Source of the DNA: Gracilinanus agilis
Taxonomy: Eukaryota
Length of the DNA stretch: 64,000 nucleotides
Assembly: GCF_016433145.1 (NCBI RefSeq)
Contig: NC_058134.1
Span: forward strand, 97,280,924-97,344,923
Direction of reading: 5' to 3'
The position numbers were made by a program, and so were the translations under genes. Below the pieces are notes generated by a model. The model saw only the letters and a list, made by a program, of their open reading frames with translations. It searched no databases and was not told the DNA's origin. The number at the start of each line of letters is the position of its first letter. Position 1 is the stretch's first letter. Below are positions 54,801-64,000 of this stretch, in pieces.

Positions 54801-57800
54801 GCAGCCAGAACTAGAAAATAGCTCCCCTGATTTCTGGACCAGTGTTTTCCCCACCAGCCCCTTTTTGCCCCATTTTCCTCTTCTCTCCAGATGTTTCATC
54901 CCTGAGGAGGAGCTCTTGGGCCGATCCCCTAAACCCCTGCTGCAGGCAGCTCTGGCTCACATGCATTACCTCCCTGAAGAGCCAGGACCAGCCCAGGAAG
55001 CCAGCACTCACCACCAGATGTCGCAACTCTTGCAGTACAAGGCTGTGAGTAAAGGCAACTGGGTTTGGAACTTGGTCGATCCTCAGGGGTCTGGTCAAGG
55101 AGTGGGAATGTGGAGTCTCCCTGGGGAGCAACTGTGGGGCTTAACTCTATAAGGAGTTCTGAAGATGTTACATCCTTGACTCCTCAGGGGGACTCTGGAT
55201 GGGGAATAATTTGGGGTCAGTGTGTTCTACCCTACAGTGGTGTCTTGGACTGGGTTGCAGAATTTTTTATCCATAGAATTTACCCCATTCCCTCCCCAGA
55301 TATACCTTCTAGTGAAAACATTTCACTTAGCCCCCTTCCCATCTTTATTTCCCCCAGATCTCTCTCCTAGAGGAGCTTCTCTCTCCAGTCCTTACTCCCC
55401 TTGCCCTCCTCCTTTGGTTTCGCCCTCGTGCCCTGGAGATCATCGATTTTTTTCGACATTTCACTGTGGATGTATCTGGGGTAGGGGACGTCTGTTCCTT
55501 TGCTCTCATGGACGTGAGGCGCCATGGCCATCCCCAGGTTAGAGCTCCTTCCTAACTCTTCTTGATATTTCTTTTCTCTTTCTTAGTCTTGGGAGATGAG
55601 AGCCCTTGCCAAGATAGTGTCCATGGGAGGGGGAACAGAAAACAGTAAGTTCCATTATCTTCAGATAGTTCAGGATTGGGGCAGAACCAACTTCAAGGGA
55701 GTGAGTGTAGGGTCTATTTAGACAGTAGTCCTGGGCTTTATCTTAATTGTATGACCTTGGGCAAGTTGTTTAACCTCTTCTAGGATCAATTTCTTAATTT
55801 GTATGCTAATAGTGATAATTATGAGAATAGCTACCAATCCTTGGAGGTAGGTGCCATTATTATCCTCGTTTTAGTGAGGAGAAAACTGAGGCAGATGAGT
55901 TAAGTGATTGCCCCAGGGGGTCACAAAGTTGGTAAGCTATTGAGGCCGGTTTTGGACTCAGATCTTCTGACTCTAGGTCTAGGACATTGTCTACTGCGCT
56001 ACATAGCTATATAGTAATCTTTGCCTAGCCTATTTTTTTGTGTGTGATTTGCAAAATTTTATTTAATTAATTTAGAATGTTTTCCATGATTACATGATTC
56101 ATGTTCTTTCTCTCCCCTCCTCTCACCCCCCTCCCATATTGATATTTGCATTAGGGTGATCGATTAGAGTCTATATCCCTAATCATATCCTCATCAACCC
56201 ATGTGATCAAGCAGTTGTTTTTCTTCTGTGTTTCTATTTCCACAGTTCTTCCTCTGAATGTGGATACCATTCTTTCTCATAAGTCCCTCAGAATTGTCCT
56301 GGATCATTGCATTGATGCTAGTAGAGAAGTCCATTACAATCGATTGTACCATAGTGTATCAGTCTCTGTGTACAATGTTCTCCCGGTTCTGTTCCTTTCA
56401 CTCTGCATCAATTTCTGGAGGTCTTTCCAGTTCACATGGAATTCCTCCAGTTCATTATTTGTTTTAGCATAATAGTATTCCATCACCAACAGTTACCACA
56501 ATTTGTTCAACCATTCCCCAATTGATGGACCCCCCCTCATTTGCCAATTTTTTGCCACTACAAAGAATGCAGCTATTAATATTTTTGTACAAGTCTTTTT
56601 CCTTATTATCTCTTTGGTAAACCCAGCAGTGGTATGGCTGGATCAAAATTGTCCAGCCTGTCTCACAAGATTCTCATGAAGATGAAATGATGATGTGAAT
56701 GATCACTCAATGCAAATATTAATAATATGGAAATAGGTCTTGATCAATGACACATGTAAAACCCAGTGGAATTGCTCATTGGCTATGGGAGGGGGAGGAG
56801 GGAAGAGAGGAGGGAAATAACATGAATCATGGAAAAATATTCTAAATTAATTAATTAAAAATTTCAAATAAAAAAAGAAAGTGCTTTGAAAGCACCCAGT
56901 AGATTGGCAGTGCATTATAGTGGCTAAAGGGCTGGCCTTCTATTCAGAGGACCTAGCCCTGCTGTTCTGACAAATACAAGACCCAGGTAGGTTGTCTAAC
57001 CTCTTACTGCTGCAGCTACCTGTCTCTGGGCAGGTTGTGAATTAGAGAGCCATGACCTGTGGACACTGTTGGACATAGCTTCTTTGCTATAGTCATAGGT
57101 CTGACAAAGAACAGTATAAAGTGTCCTATACATGTAATGGATTATGATTTTCCTGCAGTGGCTCTCAGCAGGACAGACAGAAGCCTCGATATCCCAGCGT
57201 GCAGAAGGTGGGAAGACGGAGCTTTCCTTGATGCGTTTCTCACTGGCCCACCCTCGCTGGCGCCCACCTGGGCACAGCTCCCAATTCTTGGGGCAACTTC
57301 GGGACCGGGTACAACAGGATGCTGCTCTCTGGGCTGCTACTCCAATCCGGTCACCCCCCACACCTGGTCTAGGTCCCAGCTTTCTAAGTGACTCTACCAC
57401 ATCTGCAGTGAGTATGCCTCACTCCTGTCCCACTCCTAGCATCTTCCCTCATCCTGAACTGCCCCTCTGGATTTTAACTGCCTGCAACTATCCTTTTACC
57501 CAAGTAACCTTGTCTCAACCTAGTTGATTCCACTCTTATAACTTGTGCCTTCAACCCCAGAGCCCTTGCCAGTCTGTCTTATCATATGGTAAATCCTAGA
57601 CTTCCCTTAGTACCCTACCACTTTCTTCTTGCTTATAGCCTGAGGCACTTCTGGCCAGCCTGCTGTTACATCCCCTTCTGCCTCCCCGAGAACTGAGTCC
57701 AGTTGCTCCCTGCCCAGCTGCTGCAACTGCCAGCCTCCTGGCCTCTGTCTCCGGTTCCATGTCTCAGGCTGGCCACGATCAGAGGTGGGGGCCATTACCA

Positions 57801-58323
57801 AGTATGGTATATGTTGGAGGTATCAGGGTGGGATGATGAGAGGGGCACAGATCTGAGATACCTAAGGGAAATTCTGATCTTTTGGGGGAGCCTAGGGGAA
57901 ATCACTATGGGGAAGTCAAAGCTTATTGAGCTAAGGGTGCTGTTTGGAGGTGGCAGAGCTCTCTGACCTGCTGTGCCACCTATTTTAGTTGTGTGTCTCC
58001 AGGGGGCCCTGGGGTCCAGAACCCTGCCCTACTTTCAGAGATTGCCTCTGCTGAGATGAGTCTTCATGCTATCTACCTGCATCAGGTAAACTGGGAGAAG
58101 GGGCTGGGAATGGTGGAGTAGCTAATATATATGAAGGCTGAGGAGGTGGAATTAGCTTGAGGGAATGTGTTTGTGGTATGGTGGTGGGAGAACCAGAGCT
58201 GCCCCTCCATCCTTTAATCTCCCAGTAGAAACTGGGAGAACCTCTGTACTTGAAGGGTGGGTCAAGGAAAGAAGTCATTAGTGGTGGTGCTCATGCCCTC
58301 CCTCCACCACTCAGCTTCACCAC

Positions 58324-58359
<36 letters not shown>

Positions 58360-58848
58360 GAGCCATGGGGAGAGACTTCAGCCACTCCACTCCCAAGGCT
58401 CTGGCCTAGCCCCCAGAGGCCACTAACCCCTGAAGATGAGACCCTGACCTGGCACAGTGATGGTAAGAACCTGACAATTGGGATGGATTCTTGAAGTGGA
58501 GAAAGAAGCATTGATAAAATGAAAAGAGTCTGAAGGTTTAGGTTCTACTCCTGCTTGATACTTATTATTTGTGTGATCCTGAGAAAATCACTTCACCTCT
58601 CTGGTTTTCAGTATCCCTATCTGTCAAATAAAGACAAGATAGCTTTTGAGGACCCTTCTTGCTTTAGGTCTATCTGCATTCTATAGGACTGATGGCTTCT
58701 TTTCTCAGGTACCAGCCCTGCCTCTAGCTCCAGCTCTAGTCCCAGACAACAATGGGGACCAAAGGGAGCTAGTAATCTACCCCTTGGGGGGTGGCAGGAG
58801 GAGGAAAATGTTCAGATGGAACCAGAGTCTAATCCACGAAGTGGCTAA
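48899..58848 (+). CDS. ATG9B: Autophagy-related protein 9B (lipid scramblase), complete, 13 coding exons, 943 aa
   Basis: Exons 48899-49421, 49893-49936, 50187-50251, 50537-50725, 51148-51289, 53588-54342, 54891-55044, 55358-55537, 57159-57407, 57639-57784, 57989-58085, 58315-58462, 58709-58848 (2832 nt). Starts MVRRMGWGG (ATG9B-type N-terminus) and includes GPLIPEQDYERLEDCDP, RHFNELPHEL, GDVCSFALMD and GKTELSLMRF. Confidence 0.97.
49937..50186 (+). other. ATG9B: U12-type AT-AC intron 2 of ATG9B
   Basis: 5' ATATCTTA, branch-point TTCCTTGAT at 50167-50175, 3' AC at 50185-50186. The join gives FFTK|LYNYHQRNGF in frame. Confidence 0.9.
56035..56640 (-). mobile_element. LINE-1 3'UTR (opossum-type) in ATG9B intron 8
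   Basis: tttaattaatttagaatgttttccatgattacatgattcatg...aaccattccccaattgatggac...aagaatgcagctattaatatttttgtacaag. Confidence 0.85.
58327..58359 (+). repeat. ATG9B: Coding (CAG)10CAA polyglutamine repeat in ATG9B exon 12
   Basis: In frame, encodes LHHH-Q11-EPW. Confidence 0.95.
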
Positions 58849-58864
58849 GAAGCCAACCAATGTG

Positions 58865-59047
58865 GTCAGTATTGGCTTGGGGGTGGGGTGGGGGGAAGAC
58901 AAGAGAAATGAATAGTTAAGGGAAAGAAGGTGGTATAAGAGGATAAATCTTATTTTGGGGTGGGGTGGGGTGGGGTAGGGCAAGGGAAGTTTTCTCTGGA
59001 TTTTGGGCACCTGGACACCCTGCCTTCTTCAATCTTTCCTTTCCTAG
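58865..59047 (+). other. ATG9B: Candidate 3'UTR intron of ATG9B
   Basis: Donor GTG|GTCAGT 16 nt after the stop, internal G-runs, long pyrimidine tract and acceptor cctag|A at 59047. Confidence 0.6.
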
Positions 59048-59535
59048 ATTATCCATCACAATTTTCCAGTGAAGTTGGGAAGACAATCAACATTCACCTG
59101 CTGACTCTTAGGAAGCCACCATAGCTCATAGATTTCAGGCAGACCCTTGGGGCTGGTGGGAAGTCTTGAGCTAGCCCCAGAGAACCGAAGTGAGGGGGGG
59201 GGGGAGGTGGGTCCATGGGAGAAAGTGGGAAAATCCCTTGAACAAGATGAAAGAAGGGCAAGCAGTAGACACCTCATCCCATACCAGGCATCTTAGATGG
59301 TACCTCCTGACCCCGATAGTGAGACAGAAGCCCCTCCTTGAAGAGTGGATCACAGTCATGATTATATGGTTGGAGTTAAATAGGCTGGCAGAAATCAGAC
59401 ACTAGCCATAAAAGAAGGGAAAATCAAGCCAAGGTGGCCTCAAACTCCACCTCTCCTGGCGCTGGGGCTAGTTGAGAGGGGAAGGGTTGGCTCTTGAAAT
59501 CTGGAACAGAGAGGGGGCAGGGAGCTGCCCTCGGT

Positions 59536-59541
59536 AATAAA
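59536..59541 (+). terminator. ATG9B: Candidate ATG9B poly(A) signal AATAAA
   Basis: The only AATAAA I found on + between the ATG9B stop and NOS3; followed by U/GU-rich sequence. Confidence 0.6.
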
Positions 59542-60108
59542 GCACCAAAGGTCTCTTGCCTTCCAATGGCTCTTTGTCCTCGGCCTCAAGCCCGGTGAGC
59601 TGCGGGCAGCCTAGGCTCATTGCTCGAAAACCTTAGTAGAGGGAGAGAGCCAGCAAGCATGGAAGCAGCAACAACTGTCTCCAGGGTTTCGTGGGGGCCC
59701 GGGAGGACTCCCTGCCTAGCTGCATACCTTCTTGGCAATGCCTCCCCTTCCTTTCATGGGAGTCAAAGCCTTCATTCTGGAGTGCTACAGTACTTATAAG
59801 AAAAAATCTCTTTGGAGGAAGGGAGCACGCTAGCTTTGAGCCACGCCACGGTGCAAATGATGCTCAACCTGGAAAGGGACACGGCACACAGAGGCCAAGC
59901 CTTCTGGTACAGACAGGTTCAGTGGAGGTGGGGGAGGGGTGCGACTCAGGATTCTTCCTTGGAAAGGCGGGTAGCGCGCACCGCCAGAACTACCCCGGGC
60001 CCCCTCCTCCCAAGCTGGGTCGGCGCTCCAGCCCCCTAGCCCGGGGCTCGAAGATAAGGCCGAGGCAGAGTTATCAAAACTAGAGGATTTAATGGAGGTG
60101 GGCGGGCC

Positions 60109-63204
<3,096 letters not shown>

Positions 63205-63289
63205 TTACCTGGCTTGCTTTCTCTATGGGAATTGAGGTGTCTTTAGGAATAAGGGATCTTCCCTTCACAAAAATGATTAGGGAGGAGAT

Positions 63290-63487
63290 GGCTGGGTAGC
63301 TCAGTGGATTTGAGAACCAGGCCTAGAGGTGAAAGGTCCTGGATTCAAATCTGCCCTTGGATACAGTCTAGCATGTGTGACCTTGGACAAGTCATTTAAC
63401 CCCTATTGCCTAGCCTTTATCACTCTTTTGCCTTGGAACCAATACTAAGTATTGATTCTAAGACAGAAGGTAAGGGTTAAAAAAAAT
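63290..63487 (+). mobile_element. Marsupial SINE in a NOS3 intron
   Basis: ggctgggtagctcagtggatttgagaaccaggcctagagg...gtgaccttggacaagtcatttaacccctattgcctagcc...gaaggtaagggttaaaaaaaa. Confidence 0.88.
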
Positions 63488-64000
63488 TATTGAGGATAAA
63501 GAACTAACCACAGACCAGGAGCATGACTTTTCTGAATTAAAAGTGGAAATTTAGTCTCTTTCAAGAGTCAGCATAAAGTAATGGATAGAAAGCTGACTCT
63601 TGAAAACAAGAAGACTTGAGTTCAAATCCTTCCTCTGACACATACTGGCTATGTATCCCTTAGCGCTGAACCTCTCAGTAAATGTAGGCAAAGTAGGAGC
63701 TGGATATTCAGTGAAGGGACAGGGGATCCTGCTGGAAGAAACATCTTCTGATATTTCTAAAGCCATGAAAGTTTACAAAGTCCTTTACTTACCTTCTCTT
63801 ATTGCATCAACCCTCTAGAGCAGGTATTATTGAAGCCCAAAGCTTAGGTGATTTATCCACTGTGGCACATGTGAGCAGTGGAGGTGGGATTTGAACCTGT
63901 CTACCCTGACTCCAAAGCCAGATCTCTTTCCAGTCTAGGAAGGGGCCTCAGTCAGTTGGCACTTGACCTATCCACCCTTTCCCAAGGATAGGAGAGAGCA

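Overview
Mammalian genomic DNA, most likely from a marsupial (didelphid/opossum-like), judged from the abundant marsupial tRNA-derived SINEs and opossum-type L1 3' ends. The window is syntenic with human 7q36.1. In order it holds: the probable 5' non-coding end of SLC4A2 (-, inferred from synteny); complete CDK5 (+, 12 exons, 292 aa); complete ASIC3 (-, 11 exons, 537 aa); complete ABCB8 (-, 16 exons, 720 aa); complete ATG9B (+, 13 coding exons, 943 aa); and the last 7 coding exons of NOS3 (-). All exons were assembled by hand from splice signals and recalled human orthologue peptides. Exon phases close and no internal stops were seen. CDK5 and ATG9B each contain a minor-spliceosome (U12, AT-AC) intron. 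Non-genic content includes a 5'-only YBX3-like cold-shock-domain retrocopy, a short hAT-type MITE with TIRs, SINEs, L1/RTE/L3/MIR fragments and microsatellites. I found no convincing new biological system. The best leads are regulatory or isoform-level: a palindromic two-way poly(A) signal between convergent CDK5 and ASIC3, two stop-free in-frame introns that interrupt nucleotide-binding motifs (ABCB8 Walker A, NOS3 NADPH site), and an ATG9B 3' architecture that could allow NOS3-antisense transcripts. Repeat family names and comparisons to human are from memory, not database searches; repeat boundaries are approximate.
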